A stretch of DNA of 40,000 nucleotides from Spirochaetota bacterium. Lineage in GTDB: Bacteria > Spirochaetota > Spirochaetia > SZUA-6 > Fen-1364. The stretch is from the NCBI GenBank assembly GCA_026398635.1, contig JAPLSM010000037.1, forward strand, positions 1-40,000, read 5' to 3'. Shown in pieces: positions 7,407 through 15,204 of the stretch. Below the pieces are notes generated by a model, which was not told the origin of the DNA, searched no databases, and saw nothing but the letters and a program-made list of their open reading frames with translations. A program made the position numbers and the translations under genes. How positions within the stretch are numbered: the first letter of the stretch is position 1; every line of letters starts with the position of its first letter.

Positions 7407-7955
7407 ATGAAGAAGCTCATCATGGCACTCGTAATGAGTGCATTCCTGTTTACCGGATTCGCCGCGAGCGCGCAGACCCAGGCGCTCGTGCTGCCCGTCG
7501 GCAAGGAGAACCCGACGGTCGATGGAGTCTCGGTCGCTTCCGAGTACCCCGTGGGCACCGAGATCAATGGCATGAAGCTGTGGCTCGCGCGGACCGCTGA
7601 CGCCGTGTACGCGGCCTTCTCCGCGCCGACCACGGGTTGGGTGGCCATGGGCTTCGGGTCACCGAGGATGGACGGCGCGCTCATGTTCATCGGGTTCGTC
7701 AGCTCCGACGGCAAGGCCCAGCTGAAGATCCAGAAGGGCGCTGGACACTCCCACGGCGACGTGCAATCCGACGCGTTGATCCAGTTCGCCATGAAGGAGG
7801 AGGGCGGCGTGACCACCCTCGAGGTCGCAGTGAAGTCGGCGAGCGTCATCGGTAAGGCTGCTGCGGAACTGCCCATGATCATGGCATACGGAGGTGCGGA
7901 TAACTTCGCCAGCCTCCACCGGGCCCATGGATCAGTTCCAGTCAAGTTGCAGTAG
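7407..7955 (+). CDS. Secreted DOMON / CBM9-like domain protein
   Basis: Signal peptide MKKLIMALVMSAFLFTGFAASAQT and Shine-Dalgarno AAGGAGG at about 7390-7396. The P-x-VDG...EY opening and beta-rich pattern resemble DOMON-superfamily ligand/heme-binding domains. Function unknown. Confidence 0.55.
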   Translation: MKKLIMALVMSAFLFTGFAASAQTQALVLPVGKENPTVDGVSVASEYPVGTEINGMKLWLARTADAVYAAFSAPTTGWVAMGFGSPRMDGALMFIGFVSSDGKAQLKIQKGAGHSHGDVQSDALIQFAMKEEGGVTTLEVAVKSASVIGKAAAELPMIMAYGGADNFASLHRAHGSVPVKLQ

Positions 7956-7977
7956 TCGACCCTCAGAGTCCGGTCTA

Positions 7978-8017
7978 CGGGCGGCGGCTTGCGTGCAGGC
8001 CACCGCCCGTCTCCATT
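7978..8017 (+). terminator. Possible hairpin terminator after the DOMON-like gene
   Basis: CGGGCGGCGG (7978-7987) pairs with CCACCGCCCG (8000-8009) with one mismatch and is followed by TCTCCATT. The U-tract is weak. Confidence 0.3.
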
Positions 8018-8078
8018 GAAGCCATGCGGCGGTTCGTGCCCTTCACCCAGCAGGTGAACCCGGCAAGGAAGTGACGCG

Positions 8079-8390
8079 ATGGGATTGATCCATATTGCGC
8101 CTGGCGGCGAAACGTTTCCCACGAATCCGGCCCGTTCGATCCTGAATACCCTGCTGGCGGGCGGTTTCCCAATCGACACCGTGTGCGGTGGCAGGGCGCA
8201 GTGCGGACGGTGCCTGATCAGGGTCCGCTCCGGGCAGCGGTTCCTGAGCCCCCGCACATCCGCCGAGGAGGCGCGGCTGGCAGCTCTCGGCGTCGACCAC
8301 TCCGAGCCTGAATCTCGCCTCGCCTGCCAGTCCCACGCAAGGGGCGATGTGGAAATCGAAGTCGTCAACCTCCGCGGACGGAAAGCTTGA
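8079..8390 (+). CDS. 2Fe-2S ferredoxin-like protein
   Basis: 103-aa ORF with the Cys cluster VCGGRAQCGRC...LACQS and a beta-grasp-like N-terminus. AAGGAAG lies upstream of the ATG. Confidence 0.7.
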   Translation: MGLIHIAPGGETFPTNPARSILNTLLAGGFPIDTVCGGRAQCGRCLIRVRSGQRFLSPRTSAEEARLAALGVDHSEPESRLACQSHARGDVEIEVVNLRGRKA

Positions 8391-8422
8391 ACCGTACCCG
8401 GGTAGTGGTATACTGGGGTTGG

Positions 8423-10270
8423 ATGAAGCGTTTCGCGGCCTTCAGCTTGCTCCTCTTTCTCGCGCTCGCCCTGCTCTCCTGCGGGGGTGACGGGCTCACG
8501 CTTTTCCCGCGCTCCGCGGCGAGCGATTTGTCCATCGTCGGGCCCGAGGATGGGTCGGTGCTCACCAGCGCCCAGCCGCTGGCGCTCCAGATCGGGACCG
8601 CGGATCCCGCCGGGCATCCGGACCTCGAGGTGCAGGTGACCCTGCTCTCGGCGACCGGCGACAGCGTGTGGGAGCAGCGGTTCACCAGCCCCGCCCTGAA
8701 CGAGGACCTCGGCCTGCAGCTTCCGGACCTTCCCGTCGGGCAGTACCGGATCGAGGTCGTCGTCTTCCAGGACGGAACGCAGGTCGAGCGGCACACCGCC
8801 ACGATCTTTGCAGTCCGCGAACGGCCTCGTATCGCGGGCATCGCCTCGTTCCCGCCGCTCATCACCGCCTCCTCGCCAGTGCTGCTCAGCGCCGAGATCA
8901 CTGCCGACGCCGGCTCCGATCCTTGGCTGCGCTGGACGTGGCGCGGGAAGACCATCGCACAGGGCAGCTCGTCATCCGGCACGGCGGCTGTTCTGTGGAA
9001 AGCGCCGGCCGACGACGGGGTCTACACGGTCACCCTCGAGCTCTTCCCCGTAGCGCCGCCCGCGGGCCCCGGCTTTTCCTTCCGCTCGTCGATCGTCATG
9101 TCAACCGACATCTACGTCTCCGCCGCTGGCGCGACCGCACGGGACGAGCTGGGGCCCGCCTCGTCCTACCTCAGCCTCTTCCACCTGCAGGCCGACCTCG
9201 CGGATGCCGCCGCAGCGGCGAGGAACCTGGAGCGCGCCGCGATCCCGATCGGTTCACCGCGCATCGTGCCCGTCGGCGACGGCTTCGGGTACCACCTCGA
9301 GGGAGGCGCCGGCTTCCGCGTGCCGTGGCCGGTGCTGCCCGTCGAGGACGGGAATCTCGCCCCCTTCACGCTGAGCGCGGGCATCCGGCCCGAGCAGCTG
9401 ACCGGTGCCGACCGCATCGTCACGGCCACGGCGGGAACCCTCGCCTTCACGCTGGGACTCGGCACGGACGGCTCCCCCGAGCTGGCCATCGCCGCACCGA
9501 ACTCGCCCCGGCTCTCGATCCCTTCGGGCGCACCGAGCCTCGCACCGGGACGACGCTATCTCGTGTCGGTGTCGGTCATGCCCCGGCAGGACGGCATCTC
9601 GGTGCGGTGGTTCGTCGACGGCCGGCAGGTTTCCGAAACCACCGCCAGCCTGCTGCTCCCCCAGACGGGCGCGGAGGGATCGGCGGTCGTCGGCGGAGAG
9701 TCCGGGTTCGCGGCCGTCATCGACGAGCTCGGCGTGTATTACCGGGACGATGCCGGACGGCCGGCGACCGACCCGACGCTCTTCCGCGCAGCCATGCGGA
9801 AGCTGCACGGCGACCGCCTGCTCCTCGCGGACGGCTTCGACGGCATGTTCCTCCCAACAGGGTTCATCGGGTCGGGAAAGACAGCGCTGGGCTCCGGCAA
9901 CCTCACGCTGTCGCCCGAGGCGGCAATCGAGCTGCCGCCGATCCGGTTCCCGGCCGAAGGCTTCTCCCTCGAACTCGCGCTGGGCGGCGACTCGGAGCGT
10001 ACGGCGGACGTGTGGCTCTCCTGGGCGGGGACCGACGCGCCGTTCGTCACCGAGCGGCTGACCGCCGAGTCCGGCACGCTGCGCCTGCAGTTTTCACTTG
10101 AACTCGAAAGCGTGACCGCCCGGACCGCCGAGGGCGTGCGCAGCTGGTCCATCCCGAAAGCGCCGGCCGAGAAGGCGGGCATCGTCCTGCGCGCCGCCTG
10201 TCCCCGGGGGGCCCGCTCCCCGCTCGTGATCGCCGAGATCGTGGCGCTGACGACGGGCGAAAAGGATTAG
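8423..10270 (+). CDS. Large lipoprotein of unknown function (possible Ig-like plus LamG/concanavalin-like jelly-roll domains)
   Basis: Lipoprotein signal MKRFAAFSLLLFLALALLSC-GGDG (lipobox LLSC). Start moved to the ATG at 8423 within ORF 8387..10270. GC3-rich throughout; no catalytic motifs recognised. Confidence 0.65.
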   Translation: MKRFAAFSLLLFLALALLSCGGDGLTLFPRSAASDLSIVGPEDGSVLTSAQPLALQIGTADPAGHPDLEVQVTLLSATGDSVWEQRFTSPALNEDLGLQLPDLPVGQYRIEVVVFQDGTQVERHTATIFAVRERPRIAGIASFPPLITASSPVLLSAEITADAGSDPWLRWTWRGKTIAQGSSSSGTAAVLWKAPADDGVYTVTLELFPVAPPAGPGFSFRSSIVMSTDIYVSAAGATARDELGPASSYLSLFHLQADLADAAAAARNLERAAIPIGSPRIVPVGDGFGYHLEGGAGFRVPWPVLPVEDGNLAPFTLSAGIRPEQLTGADRIVTATAGTLAFTLGLGTDGSPELAIAAPNSPRLSIPSGAPSLAPGRRYLVSVSVMPRQDGISVRWFVDGRQVSETTASLLLPQTGAEGSAVVGGESGFAAVIDELGVYYRDDAGRPATDPTLFRAAMRKLHGDRLLLADGFDGMFLPTGFIGSGKTALGSGNLTLSPEAAIELPPIRFPAEGFSLELALGGDSERTADVWLSWAGTDAPFVTERLTAESGTLRLQFSLELESVTARTAEGVRSWSIPKAPAEKAGIVLRAACPRGARSPLVIAEIVALTTGEKD

Positions 10271-10291
10271 GCACCGCTCCGGGAGCGCGTG

Positions 10292-11167
10292 CTATCTGAT
10301 CATCCGCTTCAGCAGCGGGTCCCGTTTCCGCCAATCGTGATCGACCTTCACCCGCAGGTCCAGGACGACCTCGTAGGGGAAGATGACCCGCAGCTCCTGC
10401 TCGGCCTCCCGGACGATCGCGTGGATCTTCTCGCCCGCGCGGCCGACAACGATCCCCTACTGCGATTCGCGCTCCACCAGGATGAACCCGCGCACATCCA
10501 GCCGGTCCCCGTCCTCGCTCATCTCCAGATCCTCGAGCCTCACGTAGATTGCGTGGGGCAGCTCCGCGCGCGTGTGCGCAATCGCCTTCTCCCGGATGAT
10601 CTCGGCGATCCTGAACGGAGGATCCTGGTCGGTGTAGAACTCTTCAGGGTAGAGCTGGTCTCCTTCCGGGGACATAGCCAGAAGGGCCGAGGCGAGACCC
10701 TCCACGCCTTCACCCTCGAGCGCCGACACCTCGTGTACGGGCACTCCAGGAAGCGCTTCAGCGACAGATGAACGTATTTCCTTCCAAAAAGGACCCTTCC
10801 GATCGCTTTTGTTGATCGCGATGATGCACGGTCTTGCCGAAGAACGAAGCTTTTCTAGTAAAGCGCGCTCCTCATCACCGAACGCACGCGTCCCATCGAC
10901 GAGGTAGAGGACGATGTCCGAATCTCTCAGCGTCACGGAGACCAGATCGGTGAGGTAGCGGTTGAACTTCTTCTCCGAAAGGTGGAAGCCGGGCGTGTCC
11001 ATGAACACGAGCTGGCCAACGGGCCGGTTGAGGATGCCCCGAACCCGGTTGCGGGTGGTCTGGGGCACGGGCGAGACGATCGAGACCTTGGCGCCGCACA
11101 GCCGGTTCATCAGCGTCGACTTACCGGCCGATGGCCTGCCGACGATCCCGACGAGCGCGCACTTCAC
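10292..11167 (-). pseudogene. era: GTPase Era, full-length homology but interrupted by one in-frame TAG (codon 237, nt 10457-10459)
   Basis: The GTG start at 11167 overlaps the mtnP stop (GTGA). G1 GRPSAGKST, G2-region QTT, G3 DTPG and G4 NKSD are present. Reading continues ...FILVERESQ-TAG-GIVVGRAGEKIHAIVREAEQELRVIFPYEVVLDLRVKVDHDWRKRDPLLKRMIR-TAG. The stop sits where the KH-domain motif ExxSQKGI(V/I)IG has Lys. Confidence 0.8.
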
Positions 11168-12033
11168 GCCGGACCCGCCCAGTACCTGCCGTAGAGGAGG
11201 TTCAGCCGCTGCTTCGTCTCCGGGGGTATGAGAGAGGGATCGGTGACGATCGCCAAGGCAGCGGCGTGCCGGCATGTGCAGTCCGCTCGGTCCGCGAGCG
11301 CCCCGACGAGGCCGGGCAGCGCGCGCTTGATGTCCTGGACGTTCTGCCGCATGGTCGCGAGGACCATCTCCAGGGTGACGCCCCCCCCCTCCCCGCGCCA
11401 GCAGTCCCAATCCGTCACCATCGCCACGGTTGCGTAGCACATCTCGGCCTCCCGGGCGAGCTTCGCCTCGGGGAGGGCCGTCATACCGATGAGGTGCGCA
11501 CCCCAGGATCGGTGGAGCAGGGACTCCGCCCGGCTGGAGAACGCGGGGCCTTCCATGCACACGAGGGTCGCCCGATCGCGGAAGGCGTGGCCGGCCCGGG
11601 AGAGTTCGACGGCGATCCGTTCGCGCATGCCGGGGCAAAACGGCTCGGCGAAGCTCACGTGGCCGACCACACCGTCGCCGAAGAAGGAGCTCGGCCGCCC
11701 GGTGGTGCGGTCGATGAGCTGGTCGGGCAGCACGAACGACCCAGGAGCGCACTCCTCGCTGAGCGATCCCACGGCGCTGACCGATATGACCTGCACGACC
11801 CCGAGGGACTTCAGCGCCCAGATGTTGGCGCGCGACGGCACCTCCGAGGGCAGGAACCGGTGTCCCCGCCCGTGCCGGGGAAGGAAAGCGACTCTCTCGC
11901 CGCCGATCTCCGCGATGCTGATGCGGTCGGACGGCCTGCCGAACGGCGTTGCGATTTCTACGTGATCGAGGAACTTCACACCGTCGATCTCATACAGACC
12001 GCTGCCCCCGATGACCGCGATGCGCGTCGTCAT
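11164..12033 (-). CDS. mtnP: S-methyl-5'-thioadenosine phosphorylase
   Basis: MTTRIAVIGGSGLY..., FLPRHGRGH, ...VSAVGSL..., ...MEGPAFSSRAES..., ...IGMTALPEAKLAREAEMCYATVAMVTDWD are hallmark PNP/MTAP blocks. Start placed at the internal Met of ORF 11164..12084. Confidence 0.88.
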   Translation of the reverse strand: MTTRIAVIGGSGLYEIDGVKFLDHVEIATPFGRPSDRISIAEIGGERVAFLPRHGRGHRFLPSEVPSRANIWALKSLGVVQVISVSAVGSLSEECAPGSFVLPDQLIDRTTGRPSSFFGDGVVGHVSFAEPFCPGMRERIAVELSRAGHAFRDRATLVCMEGPAFSSRAESLLHRSWGAHLIGMTALPEAKLAREAEMCYATVAMVTDWDCWRGEGGGVTLEMVLATMRQNVQDIKRALPGLVGALADRADCTCRHAAALAIVTDPSLIPPETKQRLNLLYGRYWAGPA

Positions 12034-12040
12034 GCCCGCG

Positions 12041-12069
12041 ATTGTCCACGAATCTGCACACTCGGGCAA
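12041..12069 (-). promoter_or_regulatory. Putative promoter of the mtnP-era operon, leaderless geometry
   Basis: Minus strand: TTGCCC (12069-12064), 17 nt, GACAAT (12046-12041), 7 nt, then ATG (12033). Confidence 0.4.
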
Positions 12070-12164
12070 GCGGCGATCACGCATCGCCGGCGGTGGACTA
12101 TACAGGCGATTCCCTCATCTGCGATTTCCGGACCTGAATTCCATGCACGTCGACACGATTCGCA

Positions 12165-12192
12165 TTGACAACGGTCGGCCCTCATGTATAAT
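12165..12192 (+). promoter_or_regulatory. Near-consensus sigma70 promoter
   Basis: TTGACA (12165-12170), 16-nt spacer, TATAAT (12187-12192), with TG immediately 5' of the -10 element. Confidence 0.6.
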
Positions 12193-12198
12193 GACCCA

Positions 12199-12293
12199 CG
12201 CATGGGAGCCTTCCGCCCCACAACCTCCAGTACCAAATGGAGGACGGAAGTTTGACGGGTGGCCGGGGCAGCGATGCCCCGGCCTTATTTTTT
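12199..12293 (+). ncRNA. Candidate small RNA of about 95 nt (alternatively a leaderless 17-codon micro-ORF), family unknown
   Basis: Bounded by the promoter above and the terminator below. It has nested perfect stems CTTCCG (12210-15)/CGGAAG (12245-50) and CCTCCA (12224-29)/TGGAGG (12238-43). ATG at 12202 opens MGAFRPTTSSTKWRTEV-TGA. I could not match it to SRP, 6S, tmRNA or any riboswitch I know. Confidence 0.45.
12261..12293 (+). terminator. Rho-independent terminator
   Basis: GGCCGGGGC (12261-69), loop AGCGAT, GCCCCGGCC (12276-84), then TTATTTTTT (12285-93). Confidence 0.8.
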
Positions 12294-12389
12294 CCGCGTT
12301 GCATCGGACCGCCGGCACCTCGATCTCCGTGCGGTGCCTCATGCCACCGGCTGTCGCCATTGCCAACCCATGCAACTCGTGCGCGTTCG

Positions 12390-12418
12390 TTGCCAAGCAC
12401 CGTGAAATTCCGTATTGT
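12390..12418 (+). promoter_or_regulatory. Putative clpP promoter
   Basis: TTGCCA (12390-95), 17 nt, TATTGT (12413-18). The ATG at 12428 lies 9 nt downstream and has no obvious Shine-Dalgarno. Confidence 0.4.
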
Positions 12419-12427
12419 TGTTGAGTT

Positions 12428-13018
12428 ATGAATATGCAGGACAAGCCGAACGTGGCGGAAGTGGCGTCGCGCATCGACGAAGGGGCGATGTTCCAGCGCA
12501 TGCTGAAGAGCCGGACCATCCTCCTCTCGGGCGAGATCGACAAGGCGCTCGCCGAGAAGGTCGTGCGCCAGCTCATCCTCCTCGAGGAGGAGAGTAGCGA
12601 TCCCATCCGGGTGTTCATCGACTCGCCCGGCGGCGACGCCGACGCCGGCTATGCCCTGTTCGACATGCTGCGCTTCGTCAAGCCGCCCGTCACCCTGATC
12701 GGCATGGGCCTCGTGGCGAGCGCCGCTGCCATCATCCTCCTCGCCGCGCCGCGCGAACGGCGGGTCGGCTTGCCCAACTCGCACTACCTCATCCACCAGC
12801 CGATGAGCGGCACCCGCGGCGTGGCCACGGAGGTCGAGATCCACGCCCGCGAGCTGGAGAAACTGCGCCAGAAGATCAATCGGCTCATCGCGGACGAGAC
12901 CGGACAGCCCCTCGACAAGGTCGCGCACGACACCGACCGGGACTACTGGATGACCGCGGACGAGGCCGTGGCGTACGGTCTGCTCTCGCGCACGCTCAAG
13001 TCCCGAAGCGAGCTGTAG
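12428..13018 (+). CDS. clpP: ATP-dependent Clp protease proteolytic subunit
   Basis: 196 aa. The Ser-His-Asp triad context is conserved (GLVASAAAIIL, LPNSHYLIHQP, HDTDRDYWMTADEA), as is the IDSPGG block. Confidence 0.9.
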   Translation: MNMQDKPNVAEVASRIDEGAMFQRMLKSRTILLSGEIDKALAEKVVRQLILLEEESSDPIRVFIDSPGGDADAGYALFDMLRFVKPPVTLIGMGLVASAAAIILLAAPRERRVGLPNSHYLIHQPMSGTRGVATEVEIHARELEKLRQKINRLIADETGQPLDKVAHDTDRDYWMTADEAVAYGLLSRTLKSRSEL

Positions 13019-13020
13019 AC

Positions 13021-14019
13021 GTGGAGCGGGGGGACCTGGCGGGGCTCTCCTCGCAGACCCTGCGCGCGCTCGAGCTGCCCGCGCTGCCCCCCGGGGCGCA
13101 CTTTTTCTCCGGCAAGGTGCGCGACGTCGTGGAGCTCGGTGGTGGCGAGCTCGCCATCACCACCACGGACCGCATCTCGGCGTTCGACCGGGTTCTCGCC
13201 ACGGTACCGTGCAAGGGCGAGGTCCTCAACACCCTCACGCTGTTCTGGTTCGACCATACCGCCGACATCGTGCCCAACCACCTGCTCGAGCGGGTCTCGG
13301 CGCGCACCGTGCGTGCAGCCCGGTGCGAGGTCGTGCCCGTCGAGGTCGTGGTCCGGGGATACCTCACCGGCTCCGCGCTCCGCGATTACCAGGAGGTCCG
13401 CCCGGTCTCGGGCATCCGCCTGCCGCCGGGCATGCAGCCGAACCAGCGTTTCGACGAGCCGCTGCTCACCCCGTCCACGAAGGAGGACGGCGGACGGCAC
13501 GACCGGCCCGTGTCCCGCGCGGAGCTGCTCGCGGGAGGGCTCGTGCCGCGCGGCCTGTGGGAGGAGATCGAGCGGACGGCGCTCGCCCTCTTCCACCGCG
13601 GCAGCGAGGTCGCGGCGGCACACGGGCTCATCCTCGTCGACACGAAGTACGAGTTCGGCTTGCGGCGCGGCGTGCTGACCCTCGTGGACGAGGTGCACAC
13701 CCCCGACTCCAGCCGGTACTGGTACGCGGACACCTACGCGCCGCTCTTCGCATCCGGCGGGCGGCAGCGCGAGCTGGACAAGGAGTACCTGCGGCAGTGG
13801 CTGCTCGCCCGGGGGTTCCGGGGCGACGGCGAGTCGCCGGGCATCCCCGACGAGGTGCTCGTCGAGGTCGCCTGGCGCTACGTCACCGCGTGGCAGACCA
13901 TCACGGGGTGCACCTTCACTCCCGGATCGCTCGACGCGGCCGGCGAATTGGCGCTCGTCCTCGACCTCGTCCGCCGCGCAGCAGGCGCATCCCGCGCCTC
14001 CGGCGCCTCTGGCGCCTAG
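13021..14019 (+). CDS. purC: Phosphoribosylaminoimidazole-succinocarboxamide (SAICAR) synthase, long form
   Basis: GKVRDV..., TTDRISAFD, ...VVVRGYLTGS..., ...LTPSTK..., ...LILVDTKYEFG..., ...DEVHTPDSSRYW are conserved PurC blocks. GTG start lies 2 nt after the clpP stop. Confidence 0.88.
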   Translation: MERGDLAGLSSQTLRALELPALPPGAHFFSGKVRDVVELGGGELAITTTDRISAFDRVLATVPCKGEVLNTLTLFWFDHTADIVPNHLLERVSARTVRAARCEVVPVEVVVRGYLTGSALRDYQEVRPVSGIRLPPGMQPNQRFDEPLLTPSTKEDGGRHDRPVSRAELLAGGLVPRGLWEEIERTALALFHRGSEVAAAHGLILVDTKYEFGLRRGVLTLVDEVHTPDSSRYWYADTYAPLFASGGRQRELDKEYLRQWLLARGFRGDGESPGIPDEVLVEVAWRYVTAWQTITGCTFTPGSLDAAGELALVLDLVRRAAGASRASGASGA

Positions 14020-14031
14020 GGGGCCACCGGC

Positions 14032-15069
14032 GTGAAACGCACCCTGTTCCTCCCATTCCTCCTCCTCTGCATCACCGCCTGCTCGTCCGGCATCACGGTT
14101 CTCTGCTGGAACGTCGAAAACCTCTTCGACGACGTGGACGACGGCACGGAGTTCCCTGACTACGATCCCGGCCGGGGCCGGTGGGACACCGAGAGCTTCC
14201 GCCTGAGGGTCGACACCGTGGCCGAGGTGATCCGCAAGGCCGTGCCCGGCGGCCCCGACGTGCTCGTGCTGCAGGAGGTCGAGAACGGGAACGCGCTTCG
14301 GGCTCTCACTGGGAACGCGCTGAAGGACCTCGGGTACGCCTGGACCGCGATCGTGGCGAAGCCGGACCTCCCCGCGAACATCGCCGTGGCGAGCCGTGTA
14401 CCGATCGCCCGGGTGCACACCATCGGCATCTCCGCGTACGGTGACAACGAGGTGCGCGACCTCCTTGAGGTCGAGATCGAGCAGGACGGCCGGCTGCTCC
14501 ACGTCTTCAACAACCACTGGAAAGCCAAATCGGGCGGCGCGCGTGAGACGGAGGCCTGGCGGATCGAGGCAGCGTGCAAGCTCGGACGGCGCCTCCGGGA
14601 GATCCTCGCCGCCGATCCGTCCGCAGACATCCTCGCGGCCGGGGACTTCAACGAGAACGTGGACGAGTGGCGGCAGGCGGGCCGGGGCTACCAGGTCGCC
14701 CTCGTGCCCGCCGACGACGACCCGCCGGCCGGCTTCCTCGGCTGCAGCATCCTCCTCGCGGACGACCCTGCGGAAGCGGGCATCCATGACAGCACCCTCG
14801 CGCTTTTCGAGCCATGGTTCGAAATCGCCGAGGCCGAGCGCGGATCGTACTACTACCAGCGGGAGTGGCAGACCGTCGACCACGTGCTGCTGTCCCCCGG
14901 CCTCTTCGACGACCGGGGGTACCGCTACCGGACGGGCAGCTTCCGGGTCGTGCGCCTGCCCTTCCTGCTGAACCCCGACGGCACCCCGAAGCGCTGGACC
15001 CGGCTCTCGGGCCAGCGCGGGTACTCGGACCACCTGCCCCTGCTGATCACCCTGGACCCCGTGCCGTAG
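14032..15069 (+). CDS. Endonuclease/exonuclease/phosphatase (EEP) family lipoprotein
   Basis: Lipobox MKRTLFLPFLLLCITAC-SSG. EEP motifs: WNVENLF, DVLVLQEVEN, NNHWKAK, AAGDFN, DHVLLS, SDHLPL. Confidence 0.8.
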   Translation: MKRTLFLPFLLLCITACSSGITVLCWNVENLFDDVDDGTEFPDYDPGRGRWDTESFRLRVDTVAEVIRKAVPGGPDVLVLQEVENGNALRALTGNALKDLGYAWTAIVAKPDLPANIAVASRVPIARVHTIGISAYGDNEVRDLLEVEIEQDGRLLHVFNNHWKAKSGGARETEAWRIEAACKLGRRLREILAADPSADILAAGDFNENVDEWRQAGRGYQVALVPADDDPPAGFLGCSILLADDPAEAGIHDSTLALFEPWFEIAEAERGSYYYQREWQTVDHVLLSPGLFDDRGYRYRTGSFRVVRLPFLLNPDGTPKRWTRLSGQRGYSDHLPLLITLDPVP

Positions 15070-15168
15070 CGCGGGGCCGCCGGCCCCGCTGGGGCTCTCG
15101 CCCTTGCACGGTACTCCGTGCGGAGGCTGCCGCCCTTGCAACATCGGCCTGTGGCTGATGTCGCTGAC

Positions 15169-15197
15169 TTGCATCGCCTGCCCGGCTCGTCTATACC
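15169..15197 (+). promoter_or_regulatory. Putative argJ promoter, leaderless geometry
   Basis: TTGCAT (15169-74), 17 nt, TATACC (15192-97), 7 nt, then ATG (15205). Upstream there are two CGCCCTTGCA repeats and the palindrome GCACGG-tact-CCGTGC. Confidence 0.4.
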
Positions 15198-15204
15198 CAA
15201 GCCC

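Noticed and set aside
10457-10459. Genome-wide reassignment of TAG (alternative genetic code or pyrrolysine) as the explanation for the in-frame TAG in era
   Set aside because: By my count TAG is the terminal stop of 16 of about 40 genes here (argR, clpP, purC, argJ, infA, ilvD and others), and of era itself, with sensible protein lengths. No other gene shows an internal TAG. I saw no convincing hairpin just downstream. Site-specific read-through or an error remains possible.
12199-12293. Identification of the small transcript as SRP (4.5S) RNA, 6S RNA, tmRNA or a known riboswitch
   Set aside because: I found none of the signature elements I can recall: the SRP domain IV GGAA/AGCA loops, the 6S central bubble, the tmRNA tRNA-like end and tag ORF, or known aptamer cores. 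It is left as unknown.
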